A stretch of 64,000 nt of DNA from Camelus dromedarius (Eukaryota): positions 21,020,001-21,084,000 of the forward strand of contig NC_087437.1 in NCBI RefSeq assembly GCF_036321535.1, written 5' to 3'. Each line of letters begins with the position of its first letter. The first letter of the stretch is position 1. Shown here in pieces: positions 22,401 through 37,400 of this stretch. A program made the position numbers and the translations under genes. The notes beneath the pieces are model-generated. The model saw nothing but the letters and a program-made list of their open reading frames with translations. It was not told the origin of the DNA and searched no databases.

Positions 22401-25400
22401 AATGCTGACTAAAATTGTATTTTTAAATAGTGAGTTAGATCATAATCTCCACACTGAGGTCTTAGTGAACAGGCACAGTGCTAGCCTGAGTTATCTCCTC
22501 TCCCTCACCTGCACACCACCATATACGGTAGGTACTGCTCCCTTTCCGTAGATAAGGAAACTGGGGTTTAGAGAAGTTAAATGATTTGCCCAGGGTCTGT
22601 GGCATGGCCAGCAGGCGAGCAGGGTCTCACACCTGGGCCTGGCCTACCCCCAAACATATTACTGATCACTGTACTCCACCCTACCCAGTGATCTTGGCCT
22701 CAAATATGCAGTAGCTGTTTGGTTTTTATTTATATGAATAATCTAAAACACATTTTATAATTTTTTATAAATGCAAACATAGTTCCTTAATTGTCTTTTT
22801 GTTGGCTTAAATATTAACTTGTCTTCATATTCTCCATAGACTAGAGTAGTGGTAGTTTTGTTGTCATAAAGTATTTTCATTATTTTCTCATTTGTTCTCA
22901 CTACCCCGGGAGGGTGGCTGGGGAGTGGGGAGGAGACAGTGGTGGGAAGCAAGTGTTAGTAAAGAACTACAAATTCAGTGACTGGTCGGTGACTTTCCGC
23001 TGAGTGACTGGAAGAGTTGAACTCAAACCAAATGCAGACATTCTTTCCGTCACCACCTGCTCCTCTACCATCTGACTGTTGGGTTAAGTGTTGACTCTAA
23101 TCTGAAATGAAAACTGTAGCTGAATGATCAAAGCCACAAGGTGTCCTCAGTTCATCGGCATTTTTATAAGGAGTAGTGATAACTTTTTGAAGTAAAGATT
23201 GCTGTCTGATTGTTTTTACTCCGTAGCCTTTGATATTATCAAGATTTTTGAGGGGAAGATTGAAACAAGCTGAAGACAGTCTGCTATCCTAGTCTTAGGG
23301 GATTCAGTATCACCACTAGGTGGTGCTAGATACTACTTTTATTTTTGTTGTAATTTCAGGCATCCCTTCTTGCAGATGAGGAAAGAGGTATTTTTCCAAA
23401 TTAAAATATTTCTGAAAACCTAGCAGCTTTGCTTTTCACTTTCCTTATTATTTCTTATTATTTCTTTCAGTTTTTTTTAGTCATAGAATTTTTTTCCTTT
23501 AGTCATAACCACTACTATCATTTCATCAACTCAGTTCTTACTGGACAAATTATATTTATCGCCTATTTAATTTACATGTTTTTTCAGTATCTTTTACTTT
23601 GTCATCTTTGTTTTTTAATTCAGTGTTTTTGTGCATGACATTTCACCATTTTTTTCCTGCAGATGACCCTCATGTTCAGTATTCTGCAGTGAGCAGCTTT
23701 GTGTTTCTTCGTTTCTTTGCTGTAGCCGTAGTATCACCTCATACTTTTCATTTGCGACCTCATCATCCAGTAAGTGTTGTTCTCAAAGCTTTATTCCATT
23801 TTTATTAAAATAAAGAAAAGATAAAATAACAAGCCCATTTCACTTGGCTGTGTGTTCTTATAACTGATACTTAAATTTACTGGGCATTTTTCTTAGCCAT
23901 TTCTTTCAGAGAAGGCTGAAAATTCTGGGTTTTTGTGGTGGTTGTTAAAAGATACTACACAAGGGTAGTAAAATGTTGGTAATAGTTGCAGCTTAGTGAT
24001 GGGAACAAAGAAGATTCATCGTATTTTCCCTCTGCTGTTGTGTATGTTTGTAAATTTCCATCATACAGAGTTGTTGAGTTATTTTTCCTTTCGTTAGTTA
24101 CAGGTTTAATCTTGCATATCTAAAAAAAATTTTTTTTGGTGGGAGGTAAATAGGTTTATTTATTTATTTTTTAAATTTATTTATTACTTTTTTAATGGAG
24201 GCACTGGGGATTGAACCCAGGACCTTATACATGTTAAGCATGTGCTCTACCACTGAGCTATACCCTCCTCCCACTAATCTTGCAGATATTTTTAAACGTC
24301 ACACAGATTTGAAGAAGAGGCTCATTTCTGTAAGGTGTAGAAAGTTTCATTGTAACATAATTTGTTGATATCTCCATATTTTTACTTTTTATTCACCTGA
24401 GATGATATTGTAAATATATGAGCTTTAAAACTTAAGGCACATAATGTTTTTGTTCTGAAGTCATATTTAATTACTTAAATCTGAATCTGCACTGTGTAGA
24501 TATTTACATGTTTCTTAACATTTTAAACTCCTTATTTTCACTGTTTCTGTTTCCTTCTCATAAGTGTGTTTTTGCTAATTTTTAACCTTTTATAAATGTT
24601 TCAAATATTTATAATCTTATCTAATTGCTTTTGTTGCTGATTTTTATAACAATAATAATAGTCAACATTTTAGTGCTTACTTTGTAGTAGGCCTTGTTGT
24701 AAATACTTTATTTGTTCTTAGTCCTCCCAATAGCCCTGTGAGATAAATTCTGTCATCTCTTATCTTCTCCATTCCATCTCTCCATAACAAAACCACTATT
24801 CAAGAACGTCTCCAAGGTTATGCAACTAATAAACTATGATTTGATCTCACTCAGTTCTAACTGGATTAAACGAGAATTCTGACTCAGTCTTCCCAGGCTG
24901 TGAGCTTACCCTGTTCCTTCCAGCCTCTTACGGAGTCGCGTGTTTGAGCACCTGCAGTGTATCAGATGCTGTGCTCAGCGCTGGAGATGCAGTGATGAGG
25001 CAGACACTCCCTGCCCTCAAGAAACTCACTAATACCATCTGGGGATTGAACCCAGGGAAGACATGTAGATTTTGGAGTTACACTGGGCTCTGAAGGCCAC
25101 ATCTCCTCTTGACAGCTGCACATTGGCCACTCATTTAACTTTGAGAACTAAGTAAAACTATGCTGCGGTAGTAGCAACATACCCTTTCTTGCCAAAGAAC
25201 AAATGGTCAGTGAGTAGCTGCAGCGGAGAGTGGGCCAGTGTCCTTTCTGTGGCTGTGTTCCTGAAGCTGTTCAGTACTCCGGGGCAGCGAAAGCTTGATA
25301 GCAGCATTCTGGACACAAGCAGAACTCCCACCTCTGAGCTTCTGACCCTGCCTTATATTCAGACTTGGATTTGCATATTCCTGTAACAGATGTTGCAATA

Positions 25401-28400
25401 AAGTCCTTCTAACCATAAACTCTGTATTTTAGGTCACCTTTCCAATCAGTATGCCAAAAGGACTGCTTCAGACTGTCATGTAACTTTATTGTTTGCTTTT
25501 AAGTGAACCTTTTATTCTAATTGGGGAAATAAGGCAAATACATAGGATACATAATCCAAAACTACGCACATATATCTAAGACAAGCACCTGATTAGTAGC
25601 AAGTAAGGAGTATAGGCAATCCATTCTTTAGAAATTAAGAGCGAGGAATGATCCCAGTGCCTGAGGGTGATGACATTGTCACAACCAGTACTGAAAGTTA
25701 CAGAGTAGTTGGGGAGGAGAACCAATGATAGGCTGTTGGATTTTACATTTAGAAGTTCTTTGAATTTTGAGAAGTCAGTTTTAGTAGAGTAGAAAAGAAC
25801 ATCTGATTGCAGAAAATTAATGAATAAGTAAGTGAGTGGAGTTTTACTTAGGAAATATATCAAAAGTGAGCTTGCCCTGCTGCTAAAAGACATGGACAAA
25901 TTCAAGCATGTACATGTGCATACATGAATAAATACTTTTTAAAATTTTAAAGTATGGGTTATGTTAACGTTGACATAGTAGACCACTTTTTAGAGAAGTT
26001 TCATGATAGGGAAGAAGAAAGATTGAACCTTCCTTCTCATCCTAGCCCCTGTTCTCTCACTGATAGCTCCTTTTAAGACTCAGCAGAGGAAAACTTCTGT
26101 AACCTTGGAGTCTGGATTAGCTTCCTCTCTTATGTGTGTCTGTAGCACCGTGTAACTCTCCTGGCATCTGTCATACTGTTTTATCATCATCTTTGTATTG
26201 TCTCTGCATGTGGACAGGCTACCTTAACAGCATGAATTGGATCTTTTTCAGATTTGTGTATCCCAAGCACGTGGCACAACTTCTAGGACAAGTAGATGCT
26301 CAGTAAATGTTTGATAAGTAAAAGACGGTAGCTCAGCAAATGATAAGTCTTTTCCAAAACGGGAAAACCTATGTAAGGTTTAAATAGAGGAGAAGAGACC
26401 AACAGAAAGGGAGAAATTGAAGAGAGAAGAGGACTTAACCAGTACTAGATCAGTATGCTGGAGGATTCATTCAGAAAGTCTTTAAAAGAAAAAGTGATGG
26501 GATAAATCTTAAGGAAAAAGAACAATTCCTTCTTTGAAGTATTATGATGTACCATATGGAATTACTTGGGGTTTTTTAGTAGATCAAAAATAGTCAACAA
26601 GAGGGAGGGTATAGCTCAGTGGTAGAGTGCTTGCTAACATACATGAGGTCCTGGGTTCAATTCCCAGTGCCTCCACTAAAATAAATAAATGAACCTTGTC
26701 TCCCTCCCCACCACCAAAAATAAGTATTAAAAAAAATAGTCAACAGCAATTTCATATGGTTCAACCTAATGTAAGGAAAAAAAGATAGGATATGTTATTT
26801 TGAGGTGAGAGAGTCAACGTTTCAGTTGAATTTAATAAATGTTCTATAGCATCTACTATATGCTAGTGCCAGGCTGTATACTAGGTGCCAGATGACTAAA
26901 GTCCTGGATGTCTGTGAAAAATTATGATGGCAGATGGTAGGGGAAAAATTTAGAACAGTTTATATGTAAGTACATCAGGGAATCAACAGTAGCTAAACGA
27001 CATAATTGCCAAATAGTAGTAAGGGCCACATTGATGCAAAAAAAAAACTCTGACATGCAAAAATTGTGCAAAATATACTTTGCTCACTTCTTTCAGTTTA
27101 GGGAAATAATGACCTAAAACACTGATTTTAAAACCAAATTTGAACAGGGATGACTTAATGAAATCCAGTTCAAATTCAGGTTGTTAGCACATTAAGAATT
27201 TTATATTCTTTAAAGGCGGAGGGTTGGAGGGACCTTTTATAGATATAATGGAATCCTGGATGTTCTAGCTAAACTATTTTCTGAATAACCATAATTAAGG
27301 TGTGTAACTATTTCATAAGTATATCCTACTGATCATATCTCAGATACTCCTTTTCCAGAGCTGCCTTACATCCTGGTCATGTCTTCCCCCTTCATATTCA
27401 CTGCCTATTTTCAGTGTCGGGATATTAAAATATTACAGAATGCCAGCCAGACACTAAACTGAAGCATTTTTGCATCTAAATTTTCTTGAATATGTCTTCT
27501 GATGGCAGACAGTTTATTTGAATCCCCAAAACAAAAAAGGTGTTTTTTATAGTGATAGAGGAATCGGTTATGCAGATGCATGGATTGGTGAAAACTCATC
27601 AGGCTATATACATTTGAAATCTGTTCATTGCACTGTAAATTATACCTCAATTATAAAAAAGGGGGGGAGGGAGCAAGAATTCAGTAGGAAACACTGTTTT
27701 GTCAATTTTCTTTATATTTACTTCTTTATAGCAGATGGGCCTGGAAAACACCTTTGATAGTAGACCCAAATAGTTACCTTCTGCTGAGATCCTGCATCAG
27801 CTGGTGACTTCTCATTTCCTAAGTTGAATTTAGGTCTCTGCATCCATGGTGAAAAGAGTTGGTTGCAGAACTCATAAAATTATTGAATATGCTTACAAGT
27901 GGGTTGAGTATAGAAAATTTGGAAGCTGCCATTTTACGTGATAAGGTAGAGGAAAGTAGATGGCGTTGACATTCCAAAAGTGAATACGATTTGTTAGGTA
28001 ATTCAAGCTGCCATACTGTTTGGGGGAAAAAAATAATAACAATGTTGATTAAATTATGGCTTTCAGAAGTAACACATCATTAGGTATAATTACTTTGGGA
28101 GGAATTGTCAGTTACATGTGGCTTCTTTAGTCTCTTAATTGCTTAGTCCAGTGAGTTGTGACCAACCTTAGCTAGAGTTTAACTGGTTTGAATGAACATT
28201 TCTGAGTCAGTGTTTCAGGGCAATGTAGCCTATTTACTCTGTTAGATATTTCACACAAATTCTACTTCTTGAAAGCCTGACAACACTTTTGTGTCTTTTT
28301 TACATTGTTTAGGATCCACAGACAATCAGAACGTTAACTCTCATCTCAAAAACCATTCAGACTTTGGGAAGCTTGGGGAGTCTGTCCAAAAGCAAGGTAA

Positions 28401-31400
28401 GTCTTTATATCTTCTGCTTTGTATTCACACTCCTAAACGTTGTCATACCCTGCCATCCCTTCTCCCTCCCTCACTCCCTTCCTTAAAAACAAAGCAAAAC
28501 CAAAAAAAAAAAAAAAAAAAGTATATGTAGATGCAGTTGTTGTCTTCTGGATGTCCTTTTTCAGTCACCTGTTACAGTTTCATTTAAACTAATGTGTCTA
28601 AGATGGGGAGAGAGTCTAGTTAACAGTTGCAAGAGCCTCCTGTTTATCTTTCTGTGCATAATCATTCAGCAGCTGTTGAGAGAAATCTTCAGCTCCAAAC
28701 CCCGTAACTCTCTTGAAATATGTGATTAAATCCCTTTTGTCCCTAATCCTAAACTTAAAAATTATATTCTTGTTTCTCTACTTAACATACATAAATTGTT
28801 TTTTTCTTAGTCAAGTTTCAAAGAGACATTCATGTGTGAATTTTTCAAAATGTTTCAAGAAGAAGGATATATTATAGCAGTTAAAAAGGTATGATTGTTT
28901 TACTCTGGAAATACTAACTTTTTATCATACAGCATTAGGGAAATAACATTTTATATTATTCCTAGGAATCAATCCCCAGTTAAAAAAAAATATGTTGGAA
29001 CTGTCCATCAAATATGAAAAGGCTGTCTTCATCTTTTCTCCTCCCATACATAAATGGGTTTTTCAGCTGTGAAAATACCTAAATGAGTTTTAGCAACAGT
29101 TACTATTACTGATGTCTTAATTACAAATTACAAATAATCCAGGGTTAGGGTTTCTTAGCAGCACTGTTGACAATTTGGTTGGATAATTCTTCTCTATGAG
29201 GGGCTTTTTTTTCCTGCATTTGTGGAATGTTTAGCAGTAGCTCTGGCCTCTGCTTTTAGATGCCAGTAGCATGTTCCCAGTTTTTACAACCAAATATATC
29301 TCTAAACATTGTCAAATGTCCCCCAAGGAACAAAATTTCCTCTGATTGAGAACCTCTGGTCTAGGGGGAAGGGCTTAATATGGTGCCTGCTGTATAGTGA
29401 GCATTTAACTTCCAGGGTAAAATTTTGTGAATTATTGAGTATCTTATAAACAGTATAGGTTTCTGGTAGTAACCTGAGGAAAGGCTTTAATTTAAAATGT
29501 ACGAAAGCCTACAGTATATAACATCCTAACACGAGCCCTACAAAAAAACAAAAATTGCTGTACTTAGAAGTTGAGAATGTTTTGAAAAGATCTTTAATTT
29601 CTTGAGTTTCTAGTTCTGAATCATCCTAAACAAAATGTAGCATTATTATAAAACGCTAGAAATTTTGTAAAGACAAGTTCTTTTGAAGTACATCTAAACT
29701 TAGCGTGAAGACAGTACTTACTTATCACTGTTCTAACTTAATGAATCTAAATTAGCAAGGTCAGATTTTAAAGATTTCATTCGGTTTCTGTAGTGTGATT
29801 CATGGTTGGCTGCCAAGAGTATATTTTAAGAGTATATTTTGTTTGTATTTTTTTTTGTATGTACTTTTAAAATTCTTACAGGGACTCAGTAAATGAAAAT
29901 GATGATTTAAAAAGTTAAAGCCAGTTGGAATTTTTTCATCGAGAATAGTGCAAGTTCAACCAAAAAAATTTTAAGCAACCATTGAATGCTTTTGAGGAGA
30001 AAGTCTTTCAAAAGAATAGGCAAAGAAAAAGCTGCCCTTTTATTTTTAGGATATTGTTGAAACAGTTTGTGGAACACTGTAGGCAGACTTTTGTTGGCAA
30101 GGTTATGATTACTGTCTTTTGTTTTGGGGTGGTTTTCCTATTTTTTATGACCAAGGCTATGGCAGCATCTGATTTCTTTTTCCTGATATAATCAGCATGT
30201 GTATAGTTGGTAAGGTCAGTGGAGAAAGTATTTAAGGGTGCCAGGAGTTTAGTCTGTCCCTGATCTGCTCTGAGTCACCCAATCACATTCTCATGCACTG
30301 TCACCACAGTACAGCTCCTGTCTCTGAACTGCATAGGATGTTTTGCCCTAATACACGAACTTACTTGCTAAGTCTAGATATGTGCGGTGCTAGAAATTGC
30401 AAAAGCTTATGAAACCCAATTTCTCATTTAATAGTGGTGTTCTCACTAGTGACATTAGCCACTGCTCCAGAAGAAAACAGTTTATAACTCTGAATCCTAT
30501 ACTATTTCCACAGAGTTTAGGAAGAGTAACCTGAATAGCTCTATAAACAGGGTGACCATATAATTTAGTGTCCAAACCTGCAAAAAATTTTCAAGAGTGA
30601 AAAGGAGTACTTTGAATATGCTAGGACCAAAGTTGTAGACAAGGATGGTCCTGAGCAAATTGGGACCTGTATTCACCCTGCCTATAGTCCATCTTAATTA
30701 TTATGTTTTCTTTCACCTTATGTAGCCATATTTACCTCATAGTTCCTTAATAATACAACAAATAAACAATAGATTTAATAATTACTATAAATAATATCTG
30801 TCACGTAAATGAGGCAAATACTCAGAAATGAAATATTTCGGATAACTCTTTGACACTCTATGAGTAGATGGTCCATCTGTGAGAACTGAAGATGTGATGG
30901 GACCCTTTAGTTCCCTTGGATACTTGCTCTTTATCACCCACATATAATGCAGAAGTAACTCTGTTCTTGTTTTTCACTTACTGAGATTTCTTCTAGCAAA
31001 CTAGAGGTAAACATTCCACTGAAAAATCCCACAAATGGAGGTTCTGGTGGGCAGTCTACAGCCAGACTTAGGAGAAAATGACTGTGTCCACAAATTCTAC
31101 TTTATTCACTGGTACCTCAATGTCGTCCTTATTGGAATGTACTGTGTTTTTATTCTAAATCCTTAGTGGGACAATATAGAAAAGTGTAAAGGAGAAAACA
31201 AAGACTAAACAAATAGTTCATTTATGGGGCAAAATACGATTCCTCTTTAAGAACAGGAATTGTTCTGAACTCCTGGTTTCCCTCTCCTTGCATGAAGAGA
31301 AGGCCGCATGCCAGGAATCTCTTGACCAGTTGAGGTAGCATATTCATGAAGCTAAATGCTCTTTACTAAATGGCTAGATTTGGGTACCCCAAAATTTTTT

Positions 31401-34400
31401 GAGCTGCCCCATTCTCACATTCTCCAAAGGAAGTTTATAAATGGTTACTAGATCTCCAGGTTATTCCAGAGAACCCAATTACACTTCAGTCATAACTGTG
31501 AAATACTAGCTCTCAGGGCTATAGTCAATTATATATTATAATAGACGTTAGCACACTCTTTTCTGTAAAGGGCTGTGAGTAAATACTTTAGGCTTTGATG
31601 GCCCCATGAGGGCACTGCAACATATTCTTCTTTGTTTCTGTTGTTATGACTCTTTAAAAATTTCAAAACTGTTCTTGACTTGCAGGCCTTACAGAAACAG
31701 GCTGCAGTTTGAATCTGGCCTGATGAGCTATAGTTTGATGATTCCTGACCCGCAATATAGGTTCACAATCCTGTATCCAAAATCTTTGGGACCAGAAATA
31801 TTTCAGAATTCAGTTTTTCAAAGTTTTGCAAATAATAGTTATATGCTGTATATTATAATAGTATACCCAGTGGGTCATGGGTCACAGCCTATAATCAAAC
31901 ACATTAATGTTTATGTAGCTCAGTATATGAATATTCACACTGAGTAGGAGAAATACAGGCTTATAAATAGCCTTACACCAGTTTAAGTCAAGTTACTGTA
32001 AATGAGTTTACTGTAAGTCAAAAACAAACCAAAAAACTCTTTGCACTCAGAGCTTTACAGATTTCAGAGTTGCAGTTAAGAGATTGTGGGTTGAATTATC
32101 TCTACAGGGAAATAAATATATTCTACATTTTGAGTAACTTAAGAATAAACTTTTTAGAGTACCTGTCATGTAAATTGGGGACTTCCTCTACAATTAAATA
32201 TGTGTTTTGCTTTATAAATTATAATTATGTATGTTCCTTAATAATGAAGAACTTCATGGTATTCTCTATCAGTGACATTTAAGATAAACTGAATTTGATG
32301 CACCTTATCACGAAGTATAATATTTGCCCATTTCCCCGTTTAGTTCTTGGATGAAATTTCATCTACTGAAACTAAAGAGTCCAGTGGTACGAGTGAGCCT
32401 GTGCACCTGAAAGAAGGGTAATGTAATTAAAGTAGATACTAAAGTCGTATTTCAGTATAGACATTAAGTAAGGACAGAGAGGTCCAGGAGTGAGGAAATC
32501 CGGGTTTTGTTCTGTGCTAAAACTGTGTAAGTAACATCAGTGGGTAAGTCACCCTCGCTGTCCTGTAAGCTTTATTCCAGATAGGCATGACTTCTTATCC
32601 ATGCAGTCCCAGAGTTGTTTCGCAAATTTAATGAGATGATGGATGTTGGAGTACTTTGGGAAAGTCACAACATTATTCAGTCTTAAAGTAGTGTTATCTT
32701 TGGAAGTTAAAGGGGAAAATTACTCCAAGTGGCCCCTCTAGTTCTGGATACTGCAATTATAAATATTAAATTATTTAAAGAGTTTATTCCCTTAGTAGGG
32801 CCAAAATAAACACAAGAGTTACAGATGGTGAAGACTTAATATAGTCTTACACAGCTATTCATGTCATTTAAAATTAAAGAACAATTCTTTGTTTTGGATT
32901 AACTGTTTTAATACTTGTAGCTAAATGTTTACATCTGTTGTTTTGGCAGGGAGATGTATAAAAGAGCTCAGGGAAGAACTCGGATTGGAAAAAAGAATTT
33001 CAAGAAACGGTGGTTCTGCTTAACAAGCAGAGAGCTCACCTACCACAAGCAGCCAGGTAGTTGTGTTTATGCTTTATTGTGGGGTCTTGTCCTGGTTTCC
33101 AGGGAAGGTTTCTTTCTTTTTCTTTTTCTTTTTCTTTTCTTTTTTTTTTTTTTTTTTTGCTGCTTAATGTAACTAGTGAACCTTTTCACTAATACTTTTG
33201 TAGTCTATAGTTTCTCACAGTGATGCACACACACTAAAAATGTAAAAAATATTTAAGTGACACCATGTAAAATTACATTTTTCTCTCACATTGAATGTCT
33301 TGTGTTGCTAAAAATGGTGTCCCTACAGTATGCTCTGTTTTCTAAAACTCCCTGGTAAATCCCTGTTTTATAGTCACTATATAAGGAACAAGTTAGACCT
33401 TTTAGAACTTGGAAGTTTCTTTAACTCCCAGAGTCAAATTGGTAAGAATTAATATCTAATAATGACAATATTTCAGTGGTTTGCTGGAAAATATAAGCCA
33501 AAAATTCCCATAGTCATCCCATAGACTGTGATTTCTATTCAGTTAAAAGATTTCATTCTAGACTATTAGCCAAGCTAAATCTAAGATGGGAATTTTAATA
33601 ATTTGCCTCCTGAGAAGGCACAAATTGTCTACCTGTTTGAGTAAAGAAAGCCATCTTCCTACAGTGTGATTTGAGGGCTTCAGAGAGGCAAAGTTTGTCC
33701 CTCAGTGGACTGACATAATGCTTAAAATCACTCTTTTAAGTATATTCCTTTGGACTAATGCATTATCCATAGATGGCCACAGCTTCTGATACCTTAACAA
33801 GAACCACTTTTATCTAGATCACAGATCTGATACAGTAAAATCCTTTCTATCCAACGTGATCAGGATCCAAAGATGTTCACTTAACCAGAAAGGTCCGTTA
33901 AAGCAAGAATCACTTAAAAACAAACAAAAAGATGCAGACATATATCTTAAATATTTATATATTTGTTTACCTGTCTTTTGATAGAGAGTCAAGATCTTTT
34001 CTTTGAATTTGAATCTGTAAGTTTAGATTTCCCCATTGTCTTTCTTGTGCAGATATCCCCCAAATGCATGTTTTCAGGTTGATTTCTCCAAAGTGGATCT
34101 AGAACTTAGATACTTGAAAAGTAATCCAGTTATAGAATCCTGTTAGATTTTTATGATAGTCACCCTAACCTTTTACAGCTGTCTCACGCCATATAAATCA
34201 ACTTTATTTGTATGGGTGTTAGTCTCCTTTTTTGAAAAGCTTTTCAGAGTGCTTGCCTGATATTCAAATAAATAATATACCTCTTGGTAGGTGGCATTTA
34301 TTTTGTCACTTTACATAATATTTAAGTAAATTATAATTACAAAGTGGAAAAATGGCATAATAGTTTTGAGAACAAACCCAATGGACTTGGTAATCAGGAC

Positions 34401-37400
34401 AGCCTAAGTGATGGAAATGGAAGGGTTACAAGCTTAGTAGATAGTGCCCTAGCAGCCCCAACACTCAGCATCCCATAAGCATCATTTAGTATGTTTTACA
34501 GAGGAGATGGAGAGTCTTGGTTAATCCATCAACTCTGTTAAGTAAAGATCTGTTAAAGGAACTTCTGGTATAATTTCTGAAATGATAAAACAAACACCAG
34601 ACATAGAGTACTTTCAAGAGAATGTAGACTCAAATTAAGTAGAATGCTTCAGTGGAGATTCTTGAAGAGCAGAGTGAAAAAAAAAATGTTTTTGTATCAT
34701 AATTCCTTAGAATGGCTTAGCCAGAAAGACTCCATATGTTCAAGTATATTAGTAAGACATAAGGAGCCAAATGCACTATATTTTTAGGCACCCTGATCAT
34801 TTGTTGTGGAATGTAAATATTTGAATGACTAGAAATCAGTAGGCTACATTCCTGCCCATACTTACCCTTCCAGACAGCATTCTTTAAGCATATTTTGAAT
34901 GTTTTAGAAGTGACAGCTGATGTTGAATACTATATAAATGCTCTCATATATAGAGCAACATTTAAAAAATAGCTGTCATAATATGCTAATTATGTTTATA
35001 TTACTAGTACATTGAAATGAAATTTAAGGTAAGTTAGTCATTCTCTATGAATAAATTAGCTATTTTCTCCTCTTTTATTTTCTAATCTAACCAGTATTCT
35101 AAAGTCTTCTTTCACTTAAGACTTTAAGAGTTAGATGATAGTTTTGGACCCTTTCCTCCAGAAAAATGCACCCACAAACTTAGACACAGAATCTTGCATA
35201 TAATTTCAGAGAGTTCATATAGCCAGAGCCCATCCACAGTTCTCAAGAACTTCTGTGCAGTGATCTTGTGAGGATAAAATTCTGCATAGTGATTAGACTG
35301 CTCTAACGTATAAAATAGACATAATAGAAGTTATATTATTTTCAGGCCTTAAGAGATTTAACATGTTGGAATGGCATTGGAGGAATGAGGGCTGTTATAT
35401 GAAATTTCAAGATTATTTACCAAAGCCTACAGTTTTAAGCATCCATGCTTTTTGTTTTAACTATTTTGTTGGATTTTTCCAAAATGTATTACATGCTTCC
35501 CTGCCTTCTAAAAAAGAGTTCATTGAACGTAAGTTAACGTTTTCTAGATGACTTGGGGCTGTCATTGATAATAATAATTATTATATAGTACTCTGATTTA
35601 GTGGTGTTTTCAGGGCTGCTTATGGGTGTGTGCAGCTGTTTACTTCCCAGCTACATGCCTTGGACTGCTGTGCTTGTTTGTATTCCCGTGTTTGCTTTAT
35701 ACAGTTTTTCTTTTTCCCCTTTATGTTCAGGCTGTCACCTTAAATTTCTTGTGCTGTCAGTGAACCATAATGTAACATCTCATTCCCACCTCTACCACCT
35801 ACCTCCATTTTTTACTGCTAATGTACTGTGAGTGAGGATATAGGTACTGTGTTTGTTAAAATTATGCTAAGATTAAAAGGTTTTGATTGAAGATTTCAGG
35901 ACTTTCAATCTATGAATAAAATACCTAGGCTTTGGAGTCTCTCTTTGGTCGTTCAACAAATATTTTGCTTACTTCCTTTTCCCTCGCAGTTTTCTGGAGA
36001 GCTAAGACTGCTAGTTAAGTAGTCTCTTTTTACACTTTGTGACTTTGGTGTCTGAAAGTGCGCCTCCCAGGTGTTCTGTAACACAGCTCTAAGTTACTGA
36101 GTCTTTCATTCTTTCCTCCTACTGGACACTAGTATTTGGAATCAAGTATTTCTACCACTTAGAATCAAAAATACAGTCTTTTTCCAATTTACTGGAAAAG
36201 TAATTAATAGAATTTTCTCAATTTTAAGGATTTTTCTTAAGTGAGTTATTAAATTTTGATGCCCACTGAGGTAATTGCTGCCAAGCAATAGTAAGCAACT
36301 CATCCTCAATGTAACTAAATTGACAGGTGGAAAATGAGTATCATAGGGCATTCAGTCAGCTATCAGTTGTGATTACCTTGACAGTTTTTTATGGATCTGT
36401 GTGGTTATGGTTATGGATTGATATTGCCGTACTGTAATGGAGTCGTGTCCTACAAGTAAAAGTTCTCCTAGTTGTATGCTGGAATCAGACATGTTACTGA
36501 TGTTCCAGCCTCTTCCTCTTCTGTCTCTTCCAGCCTCATCTTTTACATCCTCCATGTGTCTCTTCACCAGACTAGCTCTTGCAGTTCCTGTAAGTTGTGC
36601 TCTTTTACATTCATGCTTTTGCATTTGCTCCACCAAGAAATCCTATCTTTCCTTTTTGACCTGTGTGATCTGTTGTCCTTTAAGCCTCAGATCAAGTGTC
36701 AGCTCTTCATGGAGGTCATTTTCATAAAGCCTCTGGCCACCTCAGTTGAATAGTCTCTTACTGCGTTTCTTAAGCACATTAGTGATGACTTCTGTCACTC
36801 TGTGTGATCATTACTTTTATCTGTCTCTTGCCCTAGTCTTTAAGATCCTCAGTGGTAGAGACTGTGTTTTTACTACCTTCATTAAGGCATTTAGTAAGTG
36901 TTTTTAGTAAATGGTGTTCTTCAGAGAACATCATGTCTTCCAGATACGCTATTTGAATTATATTAAGAACCACTGCTCTAGGTTTCTAAAATTTCCACCA
37001 AACTTACTAATAATAGATTATTAACAAATTCACCTCTGAAATTCCGTTTGTAGTCTCCAAACTTGATTAGATATTGTTTGCTTTTGGATGACCTATCATA
37101 CACAGATACATACATAGAGCCTACACAACTTCTATATGATATCAGTATTCTACCTCATATAACCTATGAACAATATAAAAGAGATTTCCATGATGTTTTA
37201 AACATAAATCTCAATACATTTAGGTTGACTTGGTTTACCTTTTCATATTTTCACACACAGGGCTCTGTGGTTTTTTTTTTCTTTAATAGCTAAAGAACAC
37301 CATTGATTTGATTATGCATTACATTCAACAGATATTTTATTGAGGGCCTACTGTATGCCAGATGCTGTTGAAGCTCTGGAGAAAACAGTAGTGAACAAAA

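Noticed and set aside
33057..33172. Read-through ORF adding a hydrophobic Phe-rich tail after exon 19
   Set aside because: Produced by an intronic T-rich simple repeat; no evidence for a membrane-anchored isoform.
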